A stretch of DNA of 57,320 nt from an uncultured Bacilli bacterium (GCA_944359885.1 CALVTC010000001.1:1-57320), one strand, 5' to 3'; counted from the first letter of the stretch, positions 44,098-53,993 are shown. Numbers and translations are program-made. Notes: generated by a model not told the origin, from the sequence alone.

Positions 44098-46053
44098 TTA
44101 TAAATCTCCTTTATAGAAGTATATCTTCATTGCATTATCTGAATATTTTGGCTTTGATACATCAATATCAAGCGTTTTTCCGATATAGTATATAATGTAT
44201 TGAGATGCGATTAATAAATCAAACTCTGCTAGTAATCCATCATACCTACTTTCAATCAGTATGTTATCATCACCTAAATATTTTAGGAGCTCCTTTTCAT
44301 ATCGACTGGTTGATTTTTGCTTAAAATAAATTGAGCAAGTATTATCTAGATTCTCATAATTAATAAATCTTCCGTGTGAAAAGTTCTTTTTTTCATGAAT
44401 GGTACAATTAAATGTACCAGATTCCATAATTTTACTTTCTAAATCATAGCTAGCTGTATCGCTATAGTCTCCACGAAAAATATTAATTGAATTATGTTTT
44501 TTCATTGTTTGTATAGTGTCTTTATTAAATAAGTTCTCTAATTCCTTACTCCAATAGTTCATAGATTCTTCAAGAAAACTATTCAAGTCAAAATTATTAT
44601 CAGTCTTACTATAGTAATATTTTAAAAATATTGCAGCTGGAGCGACTGCACCCTCAAAAGATAAAAATCCTCTTTCTTTTCCCTTGTTTGATGAAGTTCT
44701 ATAACTTAATATATTCTTCTTTGATATTCCGGTTTTTAATACAATATTTTGTAGTTCACCTTTTGTAATTATGTATATATTTTTATGATCAAAATCTTTG
44801 ATACTACTTATAATATCATTTGTTGTACCAGAATATGAAAATAAAATAATTTTATTGATATTTCTGTTATTTCTATATAAAACATCTCTAGGATATAATG
44901 GGTATGTGTTACATCCAAATAGTAAATTAATAATTCTAGAGGCAAAGAATGCACTAGCATATGATCCACCAGTTCCTATAAATAAGCAATTATCATTTTC
45001 ATTAAAATTTATGTTATTAATTTTTTCGCTTGCTGATGAGTTTGTTGCATTTATTATTCGTGTCTTTAAATTATTGATATTTATATTACAACGTTTAATT
45101 TTTTTTCTTTCAATATAATTAAAATTAGAACAAGTACATTCATCATTTACTTTTTTTATTTTATATAATGAGTTAATATGACCTCTTGCCCCCATTTTAG
45201 TAACGACTTTTGAAGTAAGTTTATTAGAGTTTTCATACCATTTTTTGAATAAATTGGTGTTATATTGAAAATTATTTTTTATACAATCTCTAATTATGCT
45301 GGATATAAAAGCATCTCCTGCGCCTGTAGAATCAATAACATTACCTTTTGTAATTAAATTAAAATTATATAATTTATTATCATATATAAATGTTGCCCCA
45401 GCTTCTCCTCTTGTTATGGTCATAAACTTTGGTTTTAAACATTTGTACAACTCTAAATCATCTTTTATTCTTAATTTTATTAGTAAAAATTTTTCTACTC
45501 GTTCATTAAAATTGATAATTTCAAACTTATTTTTCATTTTTTTTATTATTTCATCGTTACTTAGTTCTTCAAATTCAAAGTATTGTCCTAAATCAATTAT
45601 CTTCTTATTTTTTGTTTTATTTATTATTATTTGATTTTTATTATTTAAATTATCAAAAACTAGTATATCATCATTTTTAATATTGTTAATTATATAATCA
45701 CAATCAATTAAGCTTTCTATATACCACCTTTTATTATTACATAATGGGCATCTTTTTTTTGATATAAATGATAATTTGTTGTTCTTTTCAAGATATGAAA
45801 CATGAAAACAACGTGTTCTTATGTTATCTAAAATTTTTATATTAGAAACATCAACTTTTAGATTTTCTAAGCTTTTTATTGCAATTTTTCCTTGCACATC
45901 ATTCCCACATGAAGCAAATATTGATGTAGGTATTCCCATTTTTGCTAAATTTGCAATAATATTATGTGATGTCATTCCACCATTAACACCTAATAGTTTT
46001 CCGTTTTTGTAATAATAATCTGTAACTAAATCTCCTATGCTTACTACTCTCAT
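44098..46053 (-). CDS. fusion protein: N-terminal PfkB-family sugar kinase plus C-terminal double-SIS phosphosugar-binding domain
   Basis: N-terminal VVSIGDLVTDYY...GGMTSHNIA and DSTGAGDAF (PfkB). C-terminal FIGTGGSYASA and FSYSGTTND (SIS). Cys pairs are inserted (CPLCNNKRW; ECTC...RCN). Confidence 0.6.
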   Translation of the reverse strand: MRVVSIGDLVTDYYYKNGKLLGVNGGMTSHNIIANLAKMGIPTSIFASCGNDVQGKIAIKSLENLKVDVSNIKILDNIRTRCFHVSYLEKNNKLSFISKKRCPLCNNKRWYIESLIDCDYIINNIKNDDILVFDNLNNKNQIIINKTKNKKIIDLGQYFEFEELSNDEIIKKMKNKFEIINFNERVEKFLLIKLRIKDDLELYKCLKPKFMTITRGEAGATFIYDNKLYNFNLITKGNVIDSTGAGDAFISSIIRDCIKNNFQYNTNLFKKWYENSNKLTSKVVTKMGARGHINSLYKIKKVNDECTCSNFNYIERKKIKRCNININNLKTRIINATNSSASEKINNINFNENDNCLFIGTGGSYASAFFASRIINLLFGCNTYPLYPRDVLYRNNRNINKIILFSYSGTTNDIISSIKDFDHKNIYIITKGELQNIVLKTGISKKNILSYRTSSNKGKERGFLSFEGAVAPAAIFLKYYYSKTDNNFDLNSFLEESMNYWSKELENLFNKDTIQTMKKHNSINIFRGDYSDTASYDLESKIMESGTFNCTIHEKKNFSHGRFINYENLDNTCSIYFKQKSTSRYEKELLKYLGDDNILIESRYDGLLAEFDLLIASQYIIYYIGKTLDIDVSKPKYSDNAMKIYFYKGDL

Positions 46054-46125
46054 TTTATTAATCTCCTTTTGTATTCCCCTACTTCACTATTTTCATTATA
46101 ATCATGATTTTTAATTAAACATTGA

Positions 46126-47262
46126 TTATTTTTTTGTTTTTAAACTAAGTAGCGCACAACATTCAACATGAAAGGTTCTTGGAAACATATTATATGGTCT
46201 AATATATTCTAGGTTGTAGGATGTTTTTAATAGATTGATATCTCTTGCAAGTGTTACAGGGTCACAAGAGACATAAATTATGGTTTGAGGATTTATTTGT
46301 AAAAGCTTTTCTATTACCTTTTTATCTAATCCTTTTCTAGGTGGGTCTATAATTGCAGTGTCATATCCCTCGGTTAATTTTTCGGTTAGCTCTTCTACTT
46401 TTCCTAATAGATAGTTACAATTTTTGATATTGTTTCTTTTTGCATTTTCTTTGGCATCTATTACTGCTTCTTTTACTGATTCAATTCCTAGTACTTTTTC
46501 TACTTCTTCACTAATATAAATGCCTATACTTCCTGTTCCACAATATAAGTCTAATACGTTTTTTGCTTGACGATGTTTTACGATATCTTTGATTTCTTCA
46601 TATAGTTTTTCTGTAATGATTGGATTTACTTGAAAGAAAGATTTTTGTGATACTTGATATACTTTATTACCAATCATTGATAAAATATATTTGTTTTCTT
46701 TGTTGGAGTTTAGTATTTCCTTTGTTTTGTTTCCCATTCGTAATATAATTTCTGTTTCTTTCCCTACTGAAATATGTTTTATTTCTTGTTCTAATTCTTC
46801 AGTTACCAAAAGACAGTTGTCAATAGGGATTATATTTTTTGATTGCTTTTGATAAAGACCTATTTTTCCATTTTTTTGATGAAGGGTTATTTTATTTCGG
46901 TAATGGTATTCTTTATCATATATAATTGGTTTTACCTTTTCCTCTTGTTCGTTAGCAAATTTTTTTATAATTTCCTTTACTTTAGTCACTTTATATTCAT
47001 TTTCTTTTGAGAATGAAAGATGCTCTAAATTACAGCCACCACAGATGGATGCGTATTTACATGGCGGTATTACTCTATCTTTACTTTTGTTTATTATCTT
47101 TTTTGTTTCTGCTAAAAAGTATTTTTTTGCCTCCTTTATTATTTTTATTTCTACTGTTTCCTTTGGTAAAGCGTTTTCCACAAAACAAATTTTGCCATTT
47201 ATTTTCGTAATACCACGACCATAATGATCTAATTTTTCGATATCTACTATCAAGAGTATCAC
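46126..47262 (-). CDS. 23S rRNA (uracil-5-)-methyltransferase, RumA/TrmA family
   Basis: TRAM-like N-terminus, Fe-S cysteines CKYASICGGCNLEH, SAM motif LDLYCGTGSIG, catalytic YVSCDP. Confidence 0.8.
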   Translation of the reverse strand: MILLIVDIEKLDHYGRGITKINGKICFVENALPKETVEIKIIKEAKKYFLAETKKIINKSKDRVIPPCKYASICGGCNLEHLSFSKENEYKVTKVKEIIKKFANEQEEKVKPIIYDKEYHYRNKITLHQKNGKIGLYQKQSKNIIPIDNCLLVTEELEQEIKHISVGKETEIILRMGNKTKEILNSNKENKYILSMIGNKVYQVSQKSFFQVNPIITEKLYEEIKDIVKHRQAKNVLDLYCGTGSIGIYISEEVEKVLGIESVKEAVIDAKENAKRNNIKNCNYLLGKVEELTEKLTEGYDTAIIDPPRKGLDKKVIEKLLQINPQTIIYVSCDPVTLARDINLLKTSYNLEYIRPYNMFPRTFHVECCALLSLKTKK

Positions 47263-47332
47263 CTCTTTTTTTATTATAACATATTTTCTACATAGTTCTT
47301 TTAGAAAAATCCATACTAATATTGGTGATTAT

Positions 47333-48730
47333 ATGTTTTTAATTAAAAGAATAAAAGAAGCTTTCTCTGCTTCGAAAGACTATAAATTAAAGGAATTATC
47401 TATTGGTGGTAAAAAAGTCTATTTGGTATTTAATGAGGTATTGTGTAGTACTTCCATGATTAACGATTTTATTTTAGATAATTTAATTTCACTTTCTAGG
47501 AAAGATCTTAGAAAGGTTCGGGATGCATTACCGGATGCTAATGTAGTTGAAATTAGTGAAAAAGAAATTTTCTCTTTTGTAAATCAAGGATTTGCTGTAT
47601 TAATTACAAATAAACTTTATGCAATTGAAGTTCGAGCTATTTTAGATCGTGGTGTTACTGCTGTACAAAGTGAGTTATCAATTACTGGGCCGAAAGATAG
47701 TTTTAGTGAAAATTTTAATACGAATTTAGGACTTATTCGTAGAAGAATTAAGACTGTAAAACTAGAATCTTTGGATATGGAGGTTGGTCGTTATACAAAG
47801 ACTAAGGTTGCTATTCTTTCGATTAAAGGAATTGTAAAAGAGGGTCTTGTTGATAAAGTATATCGTCAATTACAAAGTATTTCTATTGATGGTATTATGG
47901 ATTCTAGTTATTTGAAATCTTATTTAGAAGGAGATCATAGTCTTTTTCCTACGGTTATGATGAGTGAAAGACCCGATCGTGCGTCTATGGCTCTGCTTGA
48001 AGGTAAAGTGGTTATTCTTACGGATCTTAGTCCTTATGCCTTAATATTACCTAGTTTTTTCTTAGATTATTTTCATACAGTAGATGATTATTATCAGAAA
48101 AACAATAATACAACTTTTATTCGAATTGTGCGAGTAATTGCCTTTTTTGTGGCAATCTTTTTACCAGCTATTTATATTGCTGTTACGACTAGAAATTATG
48201 ATTTGGTTCCTTATCGACTCTTACTTATTTTAAAAGCTGGTAGAACTTTTGTTCCTTTTGCAGCTTATATAGAGGCATTGTTTATGATTGTTGCTTTTGA
48301 AATTTTGAAAGAGTCGGATATTCGTATGTCAGCAACTACTGGAAGTGCTGTTTCTATTCTTGGAGGGTTAATACTGGGTGATGCTGCGGTTGCTGCTGGG
48401 ATTGTTTCTCCTATCATGATTATTATTATAGCGATATCTTCTATAGCGGCACTAATTTTTCCATCCAATGAGTTAGTTAATGCTATTCGATTTTATAAAA
48501 TAGCGATCTTATTACTTTCTGCTTTTTTGGGTATTTACGGGGTCTTTGTAGGTGCTATTTTCTTATTTTATAAATTACTTTCTATGAAAAGTTTTCAATT
48601 TTCTTATCTTTCTCCCATTATTCCTTTTGATAAATATGAATGGAAAGACTCCATTTTACGGAAAGAAGAAAAAACTAAGTACCGTAACTCTTATTTAACA
48701 GATAATGTTGTTAGAGGGAGGAATCTATGA
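47333..48730 (+). CDS. spore germination protein, GerA (A-subunit) family
   Basis: SERPDRASMALLEGKVVILTDLSPYALILPSFFLDYFHTVDDYY plus a C-terminal membrane domain. Confidence 0.8.
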   Translation: MFLIKRIKEAFSASKDYKLKELSIGGKKVYLVFNEVLCSTSMINDFILDNLISLSRKDLRKVRDALPDANVVEISEKEIFSFVNQGFAVLITNKLYAIEVRAILDRGVTAVQSELSITGPKDSFSENFNTNLGLIRRRIKTVKLESLDMEVGRYTKTKVAILSIKGIVKEGLVDKVYRQLQSISIDGIMDSSYLKSYLEGDHSLFPTVMMSERPDRASMALLEGKVVILTDLSPYALILPSFFLDYFHTVDDYYQKNNNTTFIRIVRVIAFFVAIFLPAIYIAVTTRNYDLVPYRLLLILKAGRTFVPFAAYIEALFMIVAFEILKESDIRMSATTGSAVSILGGLILGDAAVAAGIVSPIMIIIIAISSIAALIFPSNELVNAIRFYKIAILLLSAFLGIYGVFVGAIFLFYKLLSMKSFQFSYLSPIIPFDKYEWKDSILRKEEKTKYRNSYLTDNVVRGRNL

Positions 48731-49134
48731 AATTATTTAAGACAGTTATAGTCATCTTTATTTTATTATTGCCTATTATTATCTTTGGAAATAAAGAATA
48801 CGTAGAGTTGAATGACTTGGCGATTATTCGCGGGGTTGGGGTTTCTTGCAATAATGATAAAGAGCTTTATTTTCAAGAAATTATTCCTGTAAAGGGAGAT
48901 AATGGTATTCAATATGAATATGAGTATTATCAAGGCGATGGTAAAAATTTAGAAGATGCCTATCAAAATTTAGCTTTAAAGACTAAGAAAAAACTCTATT
49001 TATCTAAGGTTAAGTTTTTAGTTACTGATTGTAAATCTAGTGATTTTATTTTAGAACAATTTCGGTTAAAGGATATTAAAATTTATCATATACAAGATGA
49101 TGTGTTTAAGAAATTAAAAAAGACTAAATTGTAG
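48727..49134 (+). CDS. short Ger(x)C N-terminal-domain-like protein (135 aa, no lipobox Cys)
   Basis: ELNDLAIIRGVGV resembles the conserved GerC N-terminal motif. About one third of normal GerC length. ATGA overlap with the A subunit. Confidence 0.4.
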   Translation: MKLFKTVIVIFILLLPIIIFGNKEYVELNDLAIIRGVGVSCNNDKELYFQEIIPVKGDNGIQYEYEYYQGDGKNLEDAYQNLALKTKKKLYLSKVKFLVTDCKSSDFILEQFRLKDIKIYHIQDDVFKKLKKTKL

Positions 49135-49621
49135 TCTCTTCGCATTGAAAATTACGATTAGTAAAATAGACTTGTTGAGCGATTTTAGAGGTGTTGAAAT
49201 AGTTATTTACTAAGTCTATATTATTCGGATTATTATCTATAGTATCTTGATTAATAGTAACAGTTGTTATTTGTTCTGTTTGCTCGATATTAATTCCTGA
49301 TACTTCTTTTAAATATGAAAGTTCTGCAGATGGTAATAATTCATCTTGTGATGTTGTTGCATTGGTTGATTGATTATTTATATTTGTATAAGTGATTTTT
49401 GTTTGATTAATTTTGGCGTTTATATATCGTATTTGTACAGTTTCTGTAATGTTTTCTGTTGGATAATCTCTTGTACATGTTATTGTTGTTATTGTTTTAT
49501 TATTTTTTGTAATTGTTTTTTCTTCCTTAGGAAAAAATAAGCGAAATGTAGGCGGTAATATGATTAAAAGTAGTAATATAATTATGATTATATATATTCT
49601 AATTGGATGATAATTCTTCAT
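49124..49621 (-). CDS. hypothetical N-terminally anchored Thr/Asn-rich protein
   Basis: 165-aa ORF, last gene of a tightly packed minus-strand cluster. Confidence 0.4.
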   Translation of the reverse strand: MKNYHPIRIYIIIIILLLLIILPPTFRLFFPKEEKTITKNNKTITTITCTRDYPTENITETVQIRYINAKINQTKITYTNINNQSTNATTSQDELLPSAELSYLKEVSGINIEQTEQITTVTINQDTIDNNPNNIDLVNNYFNTSKIAQQVYFTNRNFQCEETTI

Positions 49622-49970
49622 TTTCTTTTTCTCCTTTTTGTTTTAACTTTTGATATTTATTTCCTATTATAAATAATATTATTGCAGGTATTATTGGTAA
49701 TATAATCCATTTGATGATTGATTTTTTACTTACTCGTAAACTATTAAATTGCCTTAGAAATATAAGTTCATTTAAAGAAAGTATAAAAGTGTAGACTAGA
49801 TAGATACTAAAAAGAAGTCCTATAAGTTTTAGTCCTGTGAGGACTCTTTTTTGGGGATCTTTTTTTCTATCTATTAGACCAATTTTTACTATGATAGCAA
49901 GTATTATGATGGTTATTGGGATGAGACCATAGTAAAAAATATTTTTATATAATTCTATATTTACTCTCAT
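49599..49970 (-). CDS. hypothetical membrane protein (3-4 TM)
   Basis: 123-aa hydrophobic ORF. Confidence 0.4.
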   Translation of the reverse strand: MRVNIELYKNIFYYGLIPITIIILAIIVKIGLIDRKKDPQKRVLTGLKLIGLLFSIYLVYTFILSLNELIFLRQFNSLRVSKKSIIKWIILPIIPAIILFIIGNKYQKLKQKGEKENEELSSN

Positions 49971-49985
49971 AACTTTTTCCTTTTC

Positions 49986-50552
49986 CTATTCAATTATAAT
50001 CTGTAAAAATTTAGATAATGCCAAAGCTTGTTCTTCGTTTACGATTAATCCTTTCATACTTGGAATATCTATTTTTATGTGATTAATATTACATGTTCTG
50101 ATATCTAACTTTTCTAAATTTGTCTCAAACATATCTACGGATTCTAAATTGCAATTTATTAGCTTTAAACTTTTTTGTTTCATTTTATATATGGAAGCAT
50201 CTTTTAAATTACAGTCTTTTATGGTTACTTTATCTAATTCTGCCATAGACAGATTTGCATAGGAAAGATTGCAATTTATGAATTCTACTTCTTTTAGAAA
50301 GGCGGTGGAAAAATTAGTGCCAAGAAAATTACAGTTTTCAAATTTTACTTTATAGAAAGTTTGACCACTTAGATTTAAGTTTGAAAATATTGATGTTGTA
50401 ATAGTAGTGTTTGTTATTTCTAGATAATCGAATTTTGAATTTTTCCAGTCTATTTTGTTTAAAATAGCGTTTTTTATTTCTAATTCTTCATAATGTTCAT
50501 TTATTTCTTTATTTTCTATGGTAGTATTTTTTATATTATCTATTTTTTCCAT
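49986..50552 (-). CDS. pentapeptide-repeat protein
   Basis: Consecutive A(D/N)LXX-type pentads (NLSGQ TFYKV KFENC NFLGT NFSTA FLKEV EFINC NLSYA NLSMA ELDKV...). Confidence 0.75.
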   Translation of the reverse strand: MEKIDNIKNTTIENKEINEHYEELEIKNAILNKIDWKNSKFDYLEITNTTITTSIFSNLNLSGQTFYKVKFENCNFLGTNFSTAFLKEVEFINCNLSYANLSMAELDKVTIKDCNLKDASIYKMKQKSLKLINCNLESVDMFETNLEKLDIRTCNINHIKIDIPSMKGLIVNEEQALALSKFLQIIIE

Positions 50553-50554
50553 AA

Positions 50555-51139
50555 TTACCTACTTTCTATTTCTATACCTTTTTCTAAATATTTTTTCTTT
50601 TTCTTATTATGGTAGGCATTTTTAAAAGTGATAGGGACTCCTTCTGAGTAGTTGGTATCCATACCTAGTTGTACTTGAAAGTGAATATGTGGTCCTTGAG
50701 TGTTGCCACTATTACCTACTCTTCCGAGTGGAGTTCCTTCTTTTACGATATCGCCCTCTTTTACTAAAATCGTGTTCTTTTCTAAGTGACAAATGGCGCT
50801 ATATTCACCGTGTGCATGTTTTATTATTATGTAGTTACCTTTTGGATCATTGCAGTCACAAATTACTTTTCTATCTGGTGTAATATGCGTATTTTCGTAT
50901 TTGTTTACTACTTCTACTATCCATCCATCACAAGGAGCATAAATTTCTTCTAGATAGGAGTAGTAGTTTTCTATCTTTGTTAAATCATCATGGTATGGGA
51001 GGTTTTGCTTTCTTATTTCAAAATCATAAGCGTAACGTTGTCCAGGTATATGATAAGAATGGGAGTTTTCTTTTTTTATTCCACCATACTCTATGTACCA
51101 AGTACCAGAAAATGGGAGACGATATTTGTTCTTACTCAT
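50555..51139 (-). CDS. M23-family metallopeptidase, no signal peptide
   Basis: GRVGNSGNTQGPHIHFQV (HxH) motif. N-terminal YAYDF region. No hydrophobic leader. Confidence 0.7.
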   Translation of the reverse strand: MSKNKYRLPFSGTWYIEYGGIKKENSHSYHIPGQRYAYDFEIRKQNLPYHDDLTKIENYYSYLEEIYAPCDGWIVEVVNKYENTHITPDRKVICDCNDPKGNYIIIKHAHGEYSAICHLEKNTILVKEGDIVKEGTPLGRVGNSGNTQGPHIHFQVQLGMDTNYSEGVPITFKNAYHNKKKKKYLEKGIEIESR

Positions 51140-51353
51140 GGCGTTTTAATCTTTCCATTTTTTCTCTTAATTTTAATATTCGCAATTTTTCTTTTTCACT
51201 TTCTTTTATAATATGATTTTCTTTAATAGAAAAAAGACAGCCTTCATAAATTTGAAAGGGAAAATCTTCTATTTTTAATTGTTTTTTTTCACTGGTTTTT
51301 AAATTTTCTGCCATTACTATGTTGTTTTCTATTTTGTCAATTGCATATAGCAT
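51132..51353 (-). CDS. DUF3006-like small protein
   Basis: 73 aa. MLYAIDKIENNIVMAE... is typical of DUF3006, and it occupies the usual position downstream of a ComEC-type MBL hydrolase. Confidence 0.5.
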   Translation of the reverse strand: MLYAIDKIENNIVMAENLKTSEKKQLKIEDFPFQIYEGCLFSIKENHIIKESEKEKLRILKLREKMERLKRHE

Positions 51354-51361
51354 GTTATCAC

Positions 51362-52267
51362 CTATCCATTCGTATCCGTTGTCATTGTATTAATTTCAAT
51401 ATTTACTCCGTCTGTTATCATTTGAATTGTTCCATCTTCATCTGTACGATATGTTGTGATATTGTTTTTTGCTAATGTATTTAGTACTTCATTATGAGGA
51501 TGATTATATTGGTTATTCTTGCCTACAGAGATAACAGCGTATTGAGGATTTACTAAATTTAAGAAATCTTCGTTGGTTGCGGTAGAAGAGCCGTGATGCC
51601 CTACTTTTAAAACTGTGCTTTCTAAATCTTTTCTATCTAAGCTATCTTCTACTTTTGTAGAAGCATCTCCTGTTAAAAGGAAACTTACATTTTCAAAGCT
51701 AATCTTTAGAACAATAGATGTATCATTTAGATCACTTTCTTCTTCTGTCCCAACATATAAGACTTTCACACTAGCGTCTCCAAGAGAAAATGTGTCATTT
51801 TTATTGGGAATACTTAGAGAAATATTTTTTTCTTCTAAAGCGTCTAAAACATCTTCAAATGTTTTTGTAGTTGTGATAACATCTGGCATATAGAATGTTT
51901 CTATATTAAAGTTTTTGATAATATCATCTAATCCTCCAATATGATCTTCGTGAGGGTGTGTCCCTACTACATAACTAAAATCTTTAATTCCTTGATTTTT
52001 AAAATAAGAAACTAGCTTAGGACCGTCTTCATTATTTCCAGCGTCTACTAACATGTAATTACCATTATTTTCTAGTAGAATGGAATCAGCTTGTCCAACG
52101 TCTATAAAAGTTACTTCTAATCTATTTTCTGCAGTTACTGGTGCAGATTCTACTCTTTTATTTAGATTTTCTTCTGTTCCTTCTATGGGATAATTTTCAA
52201 ATAAATAAAAAATGCCAATTACAATTAATATCAATATCGATGTTATAAATTTTTTCTTTTTTCTCAT
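51362..52267 (-). CDS. secreted ComEC/Rec2-related MBL-fold hydrolase
   Basis: Signal anchor, VTFIDVGQADSILLE, GTHPHEDHIGG, VGHHGS. Confidence 0.8.
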   Translation of the reverse strand: MRKKKKFITSILILIVIGIFYLFENYPIEGTEENLNKRVESAPVTAENRLEVTFIDVGQADSILLENNGNYMLVDAGNNEDGPKLVSYFKNQGIKDFSYVVGTHPHEDHIGGLDDIIKNFNIETFYMPDVITTTKTFEDVLDALEEKNISLSIPNKNDTFSLGDASVKVLYVGTEEESDLNDTSIVLKISFENVSFLLTGDASTKVEDSLDRKDLESTVLKVGHHGSSTATNEDFLNLVNPQYAVISVGKNNQYNHPHNEVLNTLAKNNITTYRTDEDGTIQMITDGVNIEINTMTTDTNG

Positions 52268-52327
52268 ATTTTTACCTCTATTCTATTTTAATCATATCAT
52301 ATTTTTTTAATATTATGATATGAATTT

Positions 52328-53185
52328 TTAAAGATAATCTTTTATTACATTTTTTAATGTTTGTTCTTTGTCTGTAAAAGAGTGATCGGCACCTGGTATT
52401 ATTTTTACATCTCCAATTTTTATGTTTTCTTTTAAGTATTCTTTTACAATATCTATATCTTCTGTTAAAACATAAGAATCTGTCTCACCAAATATTGCTA
52501 GTACGGGGATAGAGATTTCATTTAATATTTTACTTTTCGTTGATTTTTCTCGATATCTAAAGAAGTCATTTTCCCCATTTGGTAAAAGGTCATAATAAAA
52601 AGTTTTTGCTGAAATATAATTGGTTGCAAAAAAAGAAAATGGAATTAGACTGTCTTCTTTATTTTCTTGGGTTAACTTTGTTGACTGTTTTTTTGCTTCA
52701 TCATACTCATTTTTTTCTAAGAATTTTTTAGCAAGATTAGGCATATCACAGGGGGATAGTAAAATAAGACTTTTTATATTTTCATTTTTTCTTTTGGTAT
52801 AGTAATAAGATACTTTGTTGCAACCATAACTATGTCCTTGTAAGATAATCTCATTATAGTTATTTTTGTTTGCCCAGGATATTACTCCATCTAAATCTAA
52901 TAAGCAATCTTTAAACTGTTCATAACATGCTCCTAGTATTATTCTTTCTTTATTTTTCATTAAATCGCTGACAAAACCTCGTCCGCGGTTATTAAATGTT
53001 AAAAAGGCATACCCCTTTTTGGTATATAGGGTTGCTAGAGTATCTAAAAAATGGTTTTCATAAAAATTGCCATTAATTCCATGAACATGAATAATTATTT
53101 TATTTGTCTTAGTTTTTGGATAATATAGTATTCCTGGAAGTTCAATTTTGTCTATTGATTGGATTCTTACTAGTTTCTGATTCAT
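52328..53185 (-). CDS. alpha/beta hydrolase
   Basis: Nucleophile elbow GHSYG, with C-terminal D and H (GADHSF). Confidence 0.7.
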   Translation of the reverse strand: MNQKLVRIQSIDKIELPGILYYPKTKTNKIIIHVHGINGNFYENHFLDTLATLYTKKGYAFLTFNNRGRGFVSDLMKNKERIILGACYEQFKDCLLDLDGVISWANKNNYNEIILQGHSYGCNKVSYYYTKRKNENIKSLILLSPCDMPNLAKKFLEKNEYDEAKKQSTKLTQENKEDSLIPFSFFATNYISAKTFYYDLLPNGENDFFRYREKSTKSKILNEISIPVLAIFGETDSYVLTEDIDIVKEYLKENIKIGDVKIIPGADHSFTDKEQTLKNVIKDYL

Positions 53186-53307
53186 TCTGTTCTCCTTTTA
53201 TCATTATCTATTTGTATTCATTTCTATTATATATAATTTATTTTTATTAGAAAATAGTTTTATTAGTCCTTAAGTTTTCTATAGATAATTTCTTTTAAAA
53301 AGTTTTA

Positions 53308-53345
53308 TAAAAAAATCTCATCTGATGGGAAAAGATGAGATTTTT
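53308..53345 (-). terminator. rho-independent terminator (minus strand)
   Basis: 9-bp stem ATCTCATCT / AGATGAGAT with a 9-nt loop. There is a T-run on the minus strand (plus-strand AAAAAAA at 53309-53315). Confidence 0.75.
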
Positions 53346-53354
53346 GTTACCTTT

Positions 53355-53993
53355 TTATATGGTTTTATTCTTAAAGCGTGATAGTACTTTTTGATTCTGA
53401 TTCTTTGGCTCTACCATTACTGCTAAAGCATCATATTGTGATAGTTCTATTCCGTAAGTGTTTTTTATGATTTCTGTGTTTGGATAGAGAGCTCTTTCAT
53501 AACAATTTTTTACTACTCCTTTTTCATTAATATTTTGAAATGGTTCTATTTGTTTTAAGAAATCTATTTTTTCTGGAATGATTGTTCCTGGCAATGTAGA
53601 TAGAGTATTATGAAAACTATTTAATAGAGATTTTACCATAGCAATATTTTGTGTTCTTAAAGAGATAAAGTCTGTCTTTTCTTGCTCGTGGGTCCTTTTT
53701 ATTATTTGTGAAGAAAGATTTTTCCCTTGAAAACTAGGGTCAATTACCATTCCTGATAGATATAACATAGTAGTAATCTCTTCTTGTAGAGGTATTTTGT
53801 AATTTTCAAAAACTCCAAAACCAAGAAGCTTTCTTCCTTCTATTAAAAGTTTTACAATTGCGGTATCGTTTGCAAATAAATGAAGATACACATCTTCAAA
53901 TGTTACTGGAAAATTGGCAACATTACAGAGGCTATATGCTAATTGAGCAATATGTTCTTTTCCTAGACTACTATCATAGTCAATTATTTTCAT
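53355..53993 (-). CDS. GNAT-like N-acetyltransferase (weak)
   Basis: LSGMVIDPSFQGKNLSSQIIK resembles the acetyl-CoA-binding Q/RxxGxG/A motif. Confidence 0.4.
   Translation of the reverse strand: MKIIDYDSSLGKEHIAQLAYSLCNVANFPVTFEDVYLHLFANDTAIVKLLIEGRKLLGFGVFENYKIPLQEEITTMLYLSGMVIDPSFQGKNLSSQIIKRTHEQEKTDFISLRTQNIAMVKSLLNSFHNTLSTLPGTIIPEKIDFLKQIEPFQNINEKGVVKNCYERALYPNTEIIKNTYGIELSQYDALAVMVEPKNQNQKVLSRFKNKTI

Noticed and set aside
46069-46078. The 10-nt string TTCCCCTACT occurs here and again at 22415-22424.
   Set aside because: The match is short and has no flanking similarity. At 22415 it forms part of a terminator stem, and here it lies in an upstream untranslated region, so the recurrence is probably coincidental.
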